DNA of 56,504 nt, the filler included, from Somniosus microcephalus (Eukaryota), in the NCBI GenBank assembly GCA_052327205.1. It is 3 parts of 3 records of this genome, joined end to end, with 100 filler letters (N's around TTAATTAATTAA, not from the genome) between each part and the next. Parts side by side here need not be neighbours in the genome. Positions count along the whole stretch, not along the records: positions 1 to 11,064 come from CM126220.1; positions 11,165 to 35,433 come from CM126211.1; 1 more part is not named here. One strand, written 5' to 3'. A program made the position numbers and the translations under genes. Below are positions 1 through 11,328 of the stretch, piece by piece. The stretch's first letter is position 1. Every line of letters begins with the position of its first letter. The notes beneath the pieces were generated by a model that was not told the origin of the DNA, did no database searches, and saw nothing but the letters and a program-made list of their open reading frames with translations.

Positions 1-477
1 CACACTCTCACACAGACAGACACACACACAGACAGACACACACACACACAGACACACACCCACAAACACACACACACTGACACACAGGCACAAAGAGACA
101 CACGCATTCTCACACACACACTCACACACACAGATGCACACATAGACACCGACACACACACACCAACCCACACACACATGCAGACACACACACACTCACA
201 CACACACACACAGACACCGACCCACNNNNNNNNNNNNNNNNNNNNNNNNNNNNNNNNNNNNNNNNNNNNNNNNNNNNNNNNNNNNNNNNNNNNNNNNNNN
301 NNNNNNNNNNNNNNNNNNNNNNNNNNNNNNNNNNNNNNNNNNNNNNNNNNNNNNNNNNNNNNNNNNNNNNNNNNNNNNNNNNNNNNNNNNNNNNNNNNNN
401 NNNNNNNNNNNNNNNNNNNNNNNNNNNNNNNNCATAAGCACACACATACGCATGCACACACATATATACACACACCA
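1..477. repeat. (CA)n/(CAGA)n microsatellite with internal N run
   Basis: Direct CA-rich simple repeat; N at 226-432. Confidence 0.95.
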
Positions 478-3139
478 GTAGAACAGATCCACCGGAGGTG
501 GTGTCACAGTGGTATACAGTCAGGAGGGAGTGCCCCTGGGAGTCCTCAACAATAACTCCGGACCCCATAAAGTCTCATGACTTCAGGTCAAGCATGCTCA
601 TGGAAACCTCCTGCTGATTACCACCTACCACCCTCCCTCAGCTGATGAATCAGTACTCCTCCATGTTGAACACCACTTGGAAGAAGCACTGAGAGTACCA
701 AGGGCACAGAATGTACTCTGGGTGGGGGACTTCAATGTCCATCACCAAGAGTGGCTCGGTAGCACCACTACTGACCGAGCTGGCCGAGTCCTGAAGGACA
801 TAACTGCCAGTCTGGGCCTGCGACAGGTGGTGAGCGAACCAACATGAGGAAAAAACCTAATTGGCTTCATCCTCACCAATCTACCAGTCGCAGATGCATC
901 TGCCCATGACAGTATTGGTAGGAGTGACCACCGCACAGTCATTGTGGAGACGAAGTCCCGTTTTCACACTGAGGATACCCTCCATCGTGTTGTGTGGCAT
1001 TACCACCGTGCTAAATGGGACAGATTCAGGACAGATCTAGCAGCTCAAAACTGGGCATCCATGAGGCGCTGTGGGCCATCAGCAGCAGCATAATTGTATT
1101 CCACCACAATCTGTAACCTCATGGCCTGGCATATCCCTCACTCTACCATTACCATCAAGCCAGGGGACCAACCCTGGTTCAATAAGGAGTGTAGAAGAGC
1201 ATGCCAGGAGCAGCACCAGGCGTACCTAAAAATGAGGTGCCAACCTGGTGAAGCGGCAACACAGGACTACATGCATGCTAAAAAGTGGAAGCAGCATGCT
1301 ATAGACAGAGCTAAGCAATCCCACAATCAACGGATCAGATCAAAGCTCTGCAGTCCTGCCACATCCAGTCGTGAATGGTGGTGGACCATTAAACAACTAA
1401 CGGGAGGAGGAGGCTCCAAGAATATTCCCATCCTCAATGATGGTAGAGCCCAGCACGTGAGTGCAAAAGACAAGGCTGAAGCGTTTGCAACCATCTTCAG
1501 CCAGAAGTACCGAGTGGATGATCCATACCGGCCTCCTCCTGAGGTCCCCACCATCACAGAAGCCAGTCTTCAGCCAATTCAATTCACTCCACGTGCTATC
1601 AAGAAACAGCTGAGCGCACTGGATACAGCAAAGGCTATGGGCCCCGACAACATCCCGGCTGTCGTGCTGAAGACTTGTGCTCCAGAACTAGCCGCGCCTC
1701 TAGCCAAGCTGTTCCAGTACAGCTACAACACTGGCATCTATCCGACAATGTGGAAAATTGCCCAGGTGTGTCCTGTCCACAAAAAGCAGGATAAATCCAA
1801 TCCGGCCAATTACCGCCCCATCAGTCTACTCTCAATCATCAGCAAAGTGATGGAAGGTGTCATCGACAGTGCTATCAAGTGGCACTTACTCACCAATAAC
1901 CTGCTCACTGATGCCCAGTTTGGGTTCCGCCAAGACCACTTACAGCCTTGGTCCAAACATGGACAAAGGAGCTGAATTCCAGAGGTGAGGTGAGAGTAAC
2001 TGCCTTTGACATCAAGGCAGCATTTGACCGAATGTGGCCTAGTAAAATTGAAGTCAGTGGGAATCAGTGGGAAAACTCTCCACTGGCTGGAGTCATACCT
2101 AGCACAAAGGAAGATGGTTGTGGTTGTTGGAGGCCAATCATCTCAGCTCCAGGACATCGCTGCAGGAGTTCCTCAGGGCAGTGTCCTAGGCCCAACCATC
2201 TTCAGCTGCTTCATCAATGACCTTCCCTCCAACATAAGGTCAGAAGTGGGGATGTTCACTGATGATTGCACAGTGTTCTGTTTCATTCACAACTCCTCAA
2301 ATAATGAAGCAGTCCATGCCCACATGCAGCAAGACCTGGACGACGTTCAGGCTTGGGCTGATAAGTGGCAGGTAACATTCGCACCACACAAGTGCCAGGC
2401 AATGACTATCTCTAACAAGCGAGAGTTTAACCACCTCCCCATGACATTCAATGCAATTACCATCCCCGAATCCCCCACCATCAACATCCTGGGGACCACC
2501 GTTGACCATAAACTTAACTAGAACAAGAGCAGGTCAGAGGCTGGGTATTCTGTGGCGAGTGTCTCACCTCCTGACTCCCCAAAGCCTTTCCACCATCTAC
2601 AAAGCACAAGTCAGGAGAGTGATGGAATACTCTCCACTTGCCTGGATGAGTGCAGCTCCAGCAACACTCAAGAAGGTTGACACCACCCAGGACAAAGCAG
2701 CCCGCTTGATTGGCACCCCATCCATCACCTTAAACATTCACTCCCTCCACCATCGGCGTACCGTGGCTGCAGTGTGTACCATCTACAAGATGCACTGCAG
2801 CAACTCGCCAAGGCTTCTTCAGCAGCACCTCCCAAACTCGCGACCTCTACCACCTAGAAGGACAAGGGCAGCAGGCGCATGGGAACAACACCACCTCCAA
2901 GTTCCCTCTCCAAGTCACACACCATCCTGACTTAGAAATATATCGGCCGTTCCTTCATCGTTGCTGGGTCGAAATCCTGGAACTCCCTCCCTAACAGCAC
3001 TGTGGGAGCACCTTCACCACACGGACTGCAGCGGTTCAAGAAGGCGGCTCACCACCACCTTCTCAAGGGCAACTAGGGATGAGCAATAAATGCCAGCCTT
3101 GCCAGTGACGCCCACATCCCATCAATTAATTTTTAAAAA
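478..3139 (+). mobile_element. 5'-truncated CR1-group (Zenon-like) LINE, disrupted ORF2 (end of APE, RT) and 3' tail
   Basis: ORF pieces carry PWF, KAMGPDNIP, YRPISLLS, GVPQGSVLGP, FTDD and IYKAQVRRVMEYSPLAW; stops and frameshifts; ends cccacatccc plus A/T tail. Confidence 0.85.
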
Positions 3140-3520
3140 TGATGGTGGAGCCCAGCACGAGAGTGCAAAAGACAAGGCCTGAAGCCTTGCAACCAGCTTC
3201 AGCCGGAAGTGCCGAGTGGATGATCCATCTCGCCTCCTCCTGAGGTCCCCACCATCACAGAAGCCAGTCTTCAGACAATTCGATTCACTCCACATTATAT
3301 CAAGAAACGGCTGAGCGCACTGGATACAGCAAAGGCTATGGGCCCCGACAACATCCCGGCTGTCGTGCTGAAGACTTGTGCCCCAGAACTAGCCGCGCCT
3401 CTAGCCAAGCTGTTCCAGTACAGCTACAACACTGGCATCTACCCGACAATGTGGAAAACTGTACCATCTACAAGATGCACTGCTGCAACTTGCCAAGGCT
3501 TCTTCGATAGCACCTCCACT
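3138..3520 (+). mobile_element. Second Zenon-like fragment with internal deletion
   Basis: Repeats sequence seen at about 1437-1757, then jumps to sequence seen at about 2775-2830. Confidence 0.8.
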
Positions 3521-3950
3521 TCAGTGATGTGGAGAGACTGGAAAAGCTGGGGTTGTTTTCCTTAGAGCAGAGAAGGTTAAGAGGAGATTTGATAGAGGTG
3601 TTCAAAATCATGAAGGGTTTTGATAGAGTAAATAAGGAGAAACTATTTCCAGTGGCAGAAGGGTCGGTAACCAGAGGACACAGATTGAAGGTGTTTGGCC
3701 AAAGAACCAGAGGAAACATTTTTTACACAGCGAGTTATGATCTGGAATGCACGGCCTGAAAGGGCGGTGGAAGCAGATCCAATAGTAACTTTCAACAGAG
3801 AATTACATAAATACTTGAAGGGAATAAATTACAGGGCTATGGGGAAAGAGCGGGGGAGTGGGATTCATTAGATAGCTATTCCAGAGAGTCAGTACAGACA
3901 CAATGGGCCGAATGGCCTCCTTCTGTGCTGCATCATTCTATGATTCTATG
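3521..3950 (+). mobile_element. CR1 LINE 3' fragment
   Basis: LGLFSLEQRRLRGDLIEVFKIM..TRGH; 3' end gaatggcctcc..(attctatg)n. Confidence 0.9.
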
Positions 3951-4110
3951 CACATACATGCATACACACATTATTATATACTTACACGCACATACATACA
4001 GATACATACACACAGGCACATACATACATACATACACACACATACATACAGACATATACATACACACATGTAGACACAAATGCACATACATACACAAATA
4101 CATACAGTAC
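3951..4110. repeat. (CATA/CA)n microsatellite
   Basis: Direct simple repeat. Confidence 0.9.
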
Positions 4111-4821
4111 ATAGTTATTAGCTCTTGCATGGCTCTCCAGGTTTAATAAGTTCAAAAGCTGATTAGTGCTGGTCCAGGATATAAAATGCACTTTGTGACC
4201 CACACACAAATACATACCAATTGCCCGGCTGGGCCAGGGTGTAAATGTATGACACTGCGCCTCGCATGCCAGGGAGATCAGAGGTTACAATCCTGATCTA
4301 TGCCCTCAGCAATACTAAAATTGATCTCCATTACCCTGGACGGAGGGTGGGGGGGGGCGGCAATCAACCTGGGGTTTCCTGCTCCTAATCCACTGACAGC
4401 CCCGATGGAAGCCAGGTGAAGATAGGGACAGTGTTAGATTGTCATGCCCCCCCCCCGTTGTCGAATAGTCTCCTAATACCCATTCCCTAGATTCACCTCT
4501 TTAGTGAGGCACCAAAGGGTGCCAGCTCTGATATCCTTCACCTCGACAAACACAAAAGTCATTCATAAAAAAATCCATTCGGACAGTCCATCAACAGAAA
4601 CTACTCGCAGTTTTGGATGTTCAGCCACTAGTTGATGCTAGTACATACTCCAATGAATTTACATTCAGGACATTATGACAGCACCAATATCCCCTTTACA
4701 TTGACTTAGCAGTGGACTTTTCACAAACTGGGCTTGGAAATGCAAATGTACTCTTGGTTTTGGAATGCAGAATCTAATAGTGCCCCACCAGTATTGCTCT
4801 GGGACTAAGCTCGCCATTTGG

Positions 4822-5230
4822 AGTGTCAGTTTGGCTCAGTTAATGGCATTCTTGCCTCTGGGTCAGAAGGCTGAGGGTTCAAACTCGTAATCTAGCCCGA
4901 CATTCCCGCAAAGTGCTGAGGCAGCGCTGCCCTATTGGAGGTGCTGCCTCTTTGCATGAGATGTTAAATGGAGGGCCTAAGTGCCTGTTGAGGTGGATGT
5001 TAAATATCCCAGGGCACTAATTGAAGTAGCTCAGGTACTTGTCCTGTCCAATGACCCCCCACCACCACCAACGCCCACCTAAATCTGGTCACTCATTGCA
5101 TTCCTGTTGGGGGTAGGGCTGCTGCAGGATGGCTCCCACGTTTGTCTATATAACAGTCAGTGCAAAGTAATTCATTGTGTGAATCACTTTGAAAGGTTTT
5201 GACATGATAACATACTTTATAAGTGCAAGG
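4822..5230 (+). mobile_element. Diverged DeuSINE (SacSINE1-like)
   Basis: tRNA-like head (tggctcagt..gggttcaaa), Deu-like core ggaggtgctgcc..gagatgttaaa, L2-like tail ataagtgcaag. Confidence 0.65.
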
Positions 5231-5309
5231 TCAGTTGGAGCCAGGGTTTTGTTCCTTGACTGCAGTGTTGCGCACCTTACACCCTTGATTCCACTTAGCC
5301 TTGGGTAAA

Positions 5310-5637
5310 ACCATTGCCACTGGTGGGGGAATCAAGAACAGGGGTACATAATCTTAAAATTAGAGCCAGGTCATTCAGGAGGGAAATCAGGAAGCACCTT
5401 TTCACACAAAGGGTAGTGGAAATCTGGAAAACTCTCTCCCCCAAAAGGCTGTGGGATGCTGGGGGTTAATTGAGGCTTTCAAGACTGAGATTGCTCGGTT
5501 ATTGTTAGGTAAGGGGTATCAAGGGATATGGAGCAGAGGCGGGTAAGTGAGGTCGAGGTACAGAGCAACCACGATCTGATTGAATGGTGGAGCATGCTCG
5601 AGGGGCTGAACGGCCAACTCCTGTTCCCAATGTTCCT
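5310..5637 (+). mobile_element. CR1 LINE 3' fragment
   Basis: CR1 ORF2 end and 3' UTR motif gaatggtggagcatgctcgaggggctgaa. Confidence 0.8.
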
Positions 5638-5695
5638 CCACACCCCAAGAGGTAGAACTCACATCCTGTGCTTTGTATCGTCCTTGTTGCCACAG

Positions 5696-5907
5696 AGTCG
5701 CCCCAGGACGTAAGGTGCTGGAAGAAAGCCTACAACTGGTTCTGCGGGTTTGAGGAGCAGGCCAAGAAGCTGAGCAAAGAGGAGCAGGAAGCCCTGCAGA
5801 AGCAGCTGACAGACATTTCAGAGGTGCCCCTGTGGAGAAATGTGGTCAACATTAACGCCATCATCCTGCTGACGGTCTGCGTCTTCTTCTGGGCTTATTA
5901 TGCATAG
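5696..5907 (+). CDS. slc5a1: Terminal coding exon of a sodium/glucose cotransporter (SLC5A family, closest to SGLT1); upstream exons not seen in window
   Basis: Pyrimidine tract and cacag acceptor at 5691-5695; peptide KKAYNWFCG..LTDISEVPLWRNVVNINAIILLTVCVFFWAYYA* resembles the SGLT1 C-terminal TM14 region; SLC5A9/SLC5A4 not fully excluded. Confidence 0.85.
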
Positions 5908-6125
5908 CGCAGCGGCAGAAGGAAATGACCTCGAGACCAACGTCTACAAGTTGACTTGACCATACTCATGATGCATTGCTTTCACACTCTCTGCAGACAG
6001 TCGCATACTTAACCAGATCTAAACACGCAACTGTAAGCACATGTCTGTTCTGTGCCTTTAAGAGGTGGTATTTCTGTTTTCAGGCCTTGATAAAAAAATA
6101 GTTTCTTTTATTTATCAAAAAACAG

Positions 6126-6131
6126 AATAAA
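6126..6131 (+). promoter_or_regulatory. Candidate polyadenylation signal of the SLC5A gene
   Basis: AATAAA about 220 nt after the stop, followed by a T-rich tract. Confidence 0.5.
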
Positions 6132-6221
6132 ACAGGTGGCCTTTTTTTTTAATTAAAAAAAAATTGAGAATCGTAGGTTTAGGCAGGGGCTAAAATATCT
6201 TCCCTTCTGGTTGTCAATTCG

Positions 6222-7090
6222 CTCACAAGTACTTCAGCAGTCCGTGTCCATATGCAGCAAGACCTGGACAACATTCAGACTTGGCTGACAAGTGGCAAGT
6301 AACATTCGCACCACACAAGTGCCAGGCAATGACCATCTCCAACAAGCGAGACTCTAACCATCTCCCCTTGACATTCAATGGCATTACCATCGCTGAATCC
6401 CCCACTATCAACATCCTGGGGGTTACCATTGATCAGAAACTGAACTGAACCAGCCATATAAATACTGTGGCTACAAGAGCAGACCAGAGGCTGGGAATTC
6501 TGCAGCGAGTGTCTCACCTCCTGACTCCCCAAAGCCTTTCCACCATCTACAAGGCACAAGTCAGGAGTGTGATGGAATACTCTCCACTTGCCTGGTTGAG
6601 TGCAGCTCCAACAACACTCAAGAAGCTCGACACCATTCAGGACAAAGCAGCCCGCTTGATTGGCACTCCATCCACCACCTTCAACATTCACTCCCTCCAC
6701 CACCGGCGCACTGTGGCTGCAGTGTGTACCATCTACAAGATGCACTGCAGCAACTCGCCAAAGCTCCTTCAACAGCACCTTCCAAACCCGCGACTTCTAC
6801 CACTTCGAAGGACAAGGGCAGCAGACGCATGGGAACATCACCACCTACAAGTTCCCCTCCAAGCCACACACCATCCTGACTTGGACCTGTATCGCTGTTC
6901 CTTCACTGTCGCTGGGCCAAAATCCTGGAACTCCCTTCCTAACAGCATTGTGGGTGTACCTACACCATATGGACTGCAGCGGTTCAAGAAGGCGGCTCAC
7001 CACCATCTTCTCAAGGGCAATTAGGGATGGGCACTAAATGCAGGCCTAGCCAGCCAGTGACGCCCACATCCCATCAATGAATTAAAAAAA
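6222..7090 (+). mobile_element. Zenon-like LINE 3' fragment
   Basis: IYKAQVRSVMEYSPLAW..HHLLKGN*, A-rich tail. Confidence 0.85.
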
Positions 7091-8240
7091 ATTTTTTTTA
7101 AGTTTGTTGAGTTAATGGAGTGTGTGTGTGACAATCAAGGCTCCCAGCCATGAGGAGACTTCAGCCAGGAAACCCTGAAGAAATTTTTTTTTTAAACAAG
7201 AATAATTTATTACATTTTTAAACTAATTGCAATAATACTGCTGTATGGAATAAAATTATCATTGCAGATATAATAAAGCCCAACCTCCTGTTTTCCCTCT
7301 TGCATGTCAGATTCGTTTGCGCCTCTGGCGGGCAAATGGCTTTTCGCGCCCCCCCCCCCCCCACTGACGCAACAACCGTGCCTCCCACGAAATTCAGCGG
7401 GAGGTTAGCGGCGGCGCCACCGGGTATCACCCCGATCTCCTGCTCCAGGAGATCATGACGTCATCTCCGGGCGCAGCGTCGCGGAAGAAAAATTCCCCAT
7501 CGCACCCCTCAGCAGCGCCGGGCGATGTTACCGACTGCTGCAGGGGGCGCGAGCAGTGAGGCCGGCCGCCATTTACAGGCGCAGTGGCCGGCTGACATGA
7601 CAAAGGTCGCCGATTTAAAAAGAAAAATTCTGAGCACCGGTCTAAGTGCTGCGATCAGTCAGCCCGGTGCTCCCGCACCCTGGTGCTCCAGCCGATGCCA
7701 AAAAAAATACAGAGCTGGCAGCGTGGGGCCCTTCCCTTTAATTGAGGGAAGAGCCCCTGCAACGCGACAGTGTCACACGTGTCCACTCGTGGCGCTGCTG
7801 AGCACATCGCCCCGGATCGGGACGTTCCCCGTCTCTCGCGCTCCAAGAAGCAAATGGAGAGCCTGATTTAGCGCTCCAAGGCCTAGAAATTCAGTATAGC
7901 CACTTTTGGGGCGGTAAAGTCGGGCGGCCGCTAAAGTTTGCGCCCGGCGCAAAGTCGCGCCCCCTTCGCCGATATTCAGTCGCAACGCCCCAAGAGGTTG
8001 CTGCTGCGCTAAAACAGGCGATGCACGACTATCTTTAGGTGCTAAGCCGGCGGTGCTGAGCGATACCACCGAGGCCGGGCGCAGCGCAGGTGCGGCGAGT
8101 TTTTGATTGACGGCAGACACTCTGGCGCCGGTCAGCTCTTAAAGGGGGAGGGTGGATTTGTTTGCCTGCCACGCCCTGCACACTGCAGCCCTCAACCTAG
8201 GCCTGACCACTTCAGCTTCACCTGTACAACGCCCAGGACT

Positions 8241-10621
8241 ATGGAGAAGGCCAGGGAGAGAGCGCAGCGCTTCAGCGACGGTGACCTGAGGGTGCTGGTT
8301 GGCGGAGTGGAGCGCAGGCGCCATGTTTTGTACCCAGAAGGTGGCAAGAGGCCGCTGCCCAGCGCCTACCGGAAAGCCTGGAGGGAGGTGGCCAACAGGG
8401 TCTCTTCCAACAGCGTGGTTGCCAGGACTGCTGTGCAATGCCGGAAGAAGTTCAACGACCTCACTCGGGTTGTCAGGGTGAGTACCCTTTCCAGTGTCCT
8501 CCTCATCCTTGCATGTGCACCTCACATTATGGGCAAAGGGACCTGAAAGCCCTAATGGCCAGCCCTCATCCAGCAGCTATGGGACTGGCATGAAAATCAC
8601 TTGCACATTCAGCACTTTACACACTGTACAAGCTATTCGACCATGGGAGGCAGTGCAGACAAGATCAGGGCTACACACTGTCCAAGCTATTCAACCATGG
8701 GAGGCAGTGCTGACAAGATCAGGGCTACACACTGTCCAAGCTATTCGACCATGGGAGGCAGTGCAGACAAGATCAGGGCTACACACTGTCCAAGCTATTC
8801 GACCATGGGAGGCAGTGCAGACAAGATCAGGGCTACACACTGTCCAAGCTATTCGACCATGGGAGGCAGTGCACACAAGATCAGGGCTACACACTGTCCA
8901 AGCTATTCGACCATGGGAGGCAGTGCAGACAAGATCAGGGCTACACACTGTCCAAGCTATTCGACCATGGGAGGCAGTGCAGACAAGATCAGGGCTACAC
9001 ACTGTCCAAGCTATTCGACCATGGGAGGCAGTGCAGACAAGATCAGGGCTACACACTGTACAAGCTATTCGCCCATGGGAGGCAGTGCAGACAAGATCAG
9101 GGCTACACACTGTACAAGCTATTCGACCATGGGAGGCAGTGCAGACAAGATCAGGGCTACACACTGTACTTAGAGGCCGTCCTTTCTCTTTCAGGCCAAG
9201 GTTGCGCATAACCGGCGCAACCAAACTGAGACCGGGGAGGCCGTCCTGACATCAAAGAGCTCTCCGACCTCGACCAGCGTGTGGAGCGCATTATGGGAGG
9301 CCGGCTGATTGGCCCCGTCGCCACTGGAAATGCCGACCCTGTTCTAGGCACCAATGGTAAGGGCATGACCTTTTGGACCTCTCTCGTTCCACTTGCGCAT
9401 CAGATCAGCATCCTTTGCCACTGTCCGACCAATGCGGTGAATGGCACCACTCATGCCTCCCTCGCTGCCGCCCTGTCCTCATTCTAAAGCTACTCTTGTG
9501 CCTTCCTGCTTTCAGATGGTGAATCGCCAGGTGAGGAGGCGGGCCCTCAAGCTGCCACTGTCAGCCCTTCGGAAGACGAGGAGGAGGAAGAGGAAGCCGG
9601 CCCATCAGTGCCACCCTCAGCCGCGCCAGCCCATGCCGATGTAGGGGACACGTCTTCCCTGGAGGGGAGCCGGGGGGAAGGGTCGGAGGAGAGTGAAGCT
9701 CCGGGGCCCAGCGGCCTGCAGCAACACGGAAGGGGTGGGGAAGCTCGGCGGACTTCTCCCCAGAGGGTGAGTGCGGCCTCCAGTCCTGCGACGGTCAGCG
9801 CAGAGGAGGTGCGCCTCCTAGAGGAAATGGCCGTCCAGGCTGAGCGCAGGCACACTGAGCTCATGGCTGCAGTGGCACGGATGCCTGACTCCATAGAGTC
9901 ACTGGCAAGGAGTGTGCAGGAATTCGGGTCAGCACAGGCCAGGAGTCTGCAACAATTCAGTGCAGCACAGGCCAGGAGTCTGGAACAATTCAATGTAGCA
10001 CAGGCCAGGAGTGTGCAGGACATCAATGCAGCACAGGCCAGGAGTCTGCAGGACATCGCGGCAGCACAGGCCACGAGTCTGCAGGACTTCACGGCAGCAC
10101 AGTCGGCTTCTAGCCAAGTGCTCAGTCGTGCCGTCCATTCACTGGCTGGTGTATTGCAGACACAGACCAGGGCCACACGGGCACTAACTGCTGCCACCCT
10201 CGCTGGATCAGCCAGGCCTCGCCAGGGCACTCGCCGCGCAGCAGCAGCCCAGCAATCTGTCCTTCATGCTGCACTGCTGGCCCGTGCGAGTGCCAATGTC
10301 TCAGGCGACCAGCGAGCACCTGCGAGCTGCCAGGTTGCCACCATTCCTGCAGCCGACACTGCCACTCCGCCATTGCAGCTGCCACGAGCTGCTGGACACA
10401 CTGCTGCCGCCCAGCCAGAGTTGGAGCATTCAGCAGCTGGCCCCTCCAAGGCCAGAGCTGGTGCAGGCCGACCCCCAAGGGCATCTGCCGTCTCGCCATC
10501 TGCCCCTCAGCAGCCTTCCCCCAGCCTTACTGCAGCCACTGGGCTCCCATTGAGGAGCAGCAGGGTGGGCAGGGGCCAGGCAAGGATGCGCAAGGCATCG
10601 CCCTCACAGGGCAAAAAGTAG
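8241..10621 (+). CDS. Harbinger-associated Myb/SANT-like DNA-binding protein; exons 8241-8477, 9195-9356, 9516-10621; one -1 frameshift near 9234-9237
   Basis: RAQRFSDGDLRVLV..WREVANRV..RTAVQCRKKFNDL trihelix motif; canonical GTGAGT, tttcag, GTAAG and ttcag sites with compatible phases; one added G restores AHNRRNQTETGGGRPDIKELSDL. Confidence 0.8.
8618..9168. repeat. 54-bp minisatellite, 10 copies, in intron 1 of the Myb gene
   Basis: Unit acactgtccaagctattcgaccatgggaggcagtgcagacaagatcagggctac; 8621 to 9161 is 10 x 54. Confidence 0.95.
9902..10103 (+). repeat. 33-bp coding repeat (11 aa, AQARSLQxFxA), about 6 copies
   Basis: gcacag recurs at 9932, 9965, 9998, 10031, 10064 and 10097. Confidence 0.9.
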
Positions 10622-10679
10622 AGGTATGCACAAATGCCTGGTGCTTGTTGGAAGGCCGACACTTGTGCAGCTGTTTGGG

Positions 10680-10857
10680 TGTAAGGCCGAGACTGGTGTC
10701 TATCTGTTTTTGTGTAAGGCCGAGACTGGTGTCCATCTTTATTTGTGTAAGGCCGAGACTGGTGTCTATCTTTATTTGTGTAAGGCCGAGACTGGTGTAT
10801 ATCTTTATTTGTGTAAGGCCGAGACTGGTGTCTTTCTTTATTTGTGTAAGGCCGAGT
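10680..10857. repeat. 33-bp minisatellite, about 5.5 copies, 3' of the Myb stop
   Basis: Unit tgtaaggccgagactggtgtctatctttatttg. Confidence 0.95.
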
Positions 10858-10872
10858 GTAAAGTCTGTGGGT

Positions 10873-11064
10873 TGTATAGCGAAGTAATACACAGACTACA
10901 AGAGTAACTTAAACAGGACTTTACTATTCGAAGGTCAGGGCGAATCTGCCCAATAAACCCTGACACAGCACTTATATACTGGTGTGGTCACCGTCGGTAT
11001 TACAGTATACAGCAGCCAAGATAAAGTAGTGCCACACCTAAAATAGTTCTCTTAAAGGTGAACG
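10873..11064 (-). mobile_element. LTR (Gypsy-like) 3' portion, cut by the gap
   Basis: Minus strand reads cctttaagag..TATATAAG..AGTAAA..cgctatACA: TATA box, polyA signal and terminal CA in LTR order. Confidence 0.55.
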
Positions 11065-11164
11065 NNNNNNNNNNNNNNNNNNNNNNNNNNNNNNNNNNNN
11101 NNNNNNNNTTAATTAATTAANNNNNNNNNNNNNNNNNNNNNNNNNNNNNNNNNNNNNNNNNNNN
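11065..11164. other. Artificial contig linker
   Basis: 44 N + TTAATTAATTAA (stops in all six frames) + 44 N. Confidence 0.9.
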
Positions 11165-11328
11165 GTTCTGACAACTGCGCAAGCTTAAGAGGGCCGTGAA
11201 ACCGGGATTGAGATGATACAAGTTTGGGAGAAAATTACTTCCAGATTTAGTTCTCAAAACGAAGCTATTTCTACTAGAGCACACCTTTCTCCGTAGAGTC
11301 GAGGCTTTAAATTGTTATTCTTAACCTC

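Larger units (their letters stand above)
7880..10872 (+). mobile_element. PIF/Harbinger-type DNA transposon, left part (right end and transposase not seen)
   Basis: Starts GGCCTAGAAATTC (resembles Harbinger termini); GC-rich subterminal region; carries spliced Myb/SANT gene. Confidence 0.6.

Noticed and set aside
4210-4545. Possible ancient SINE, with a faintly similar stretch at about 37740-37940
   Set aside because: Too degenerate to assign or bound by eye
7300-7879. CpG island promoter of a host gene
   Set aside because: More likely a GC-rich DNA-transposon fragment next to the Harbinger-like terminus; no host exon or clear termini found
8618-9168. CRISPR-like array or repetitive protein ORFs (8494-9249, 8601-9173, 8691-9224)
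   Set aside because: Head-to-tail identical units with no unique spacers, eukaryotic context and no cas genes; ORFs arise from a stop-free 54-bp unit inside an intron
9547-10499. Antisense ORFs over the Myb gene
   Set aside because: Shadow ORFs of GC-rich coding sequence and the 33-bp repeat
10680-10857. CRISPR-like constant core plus variable part
   Set aside because: Variable parts are near-identical 13-nt variants, not spacers
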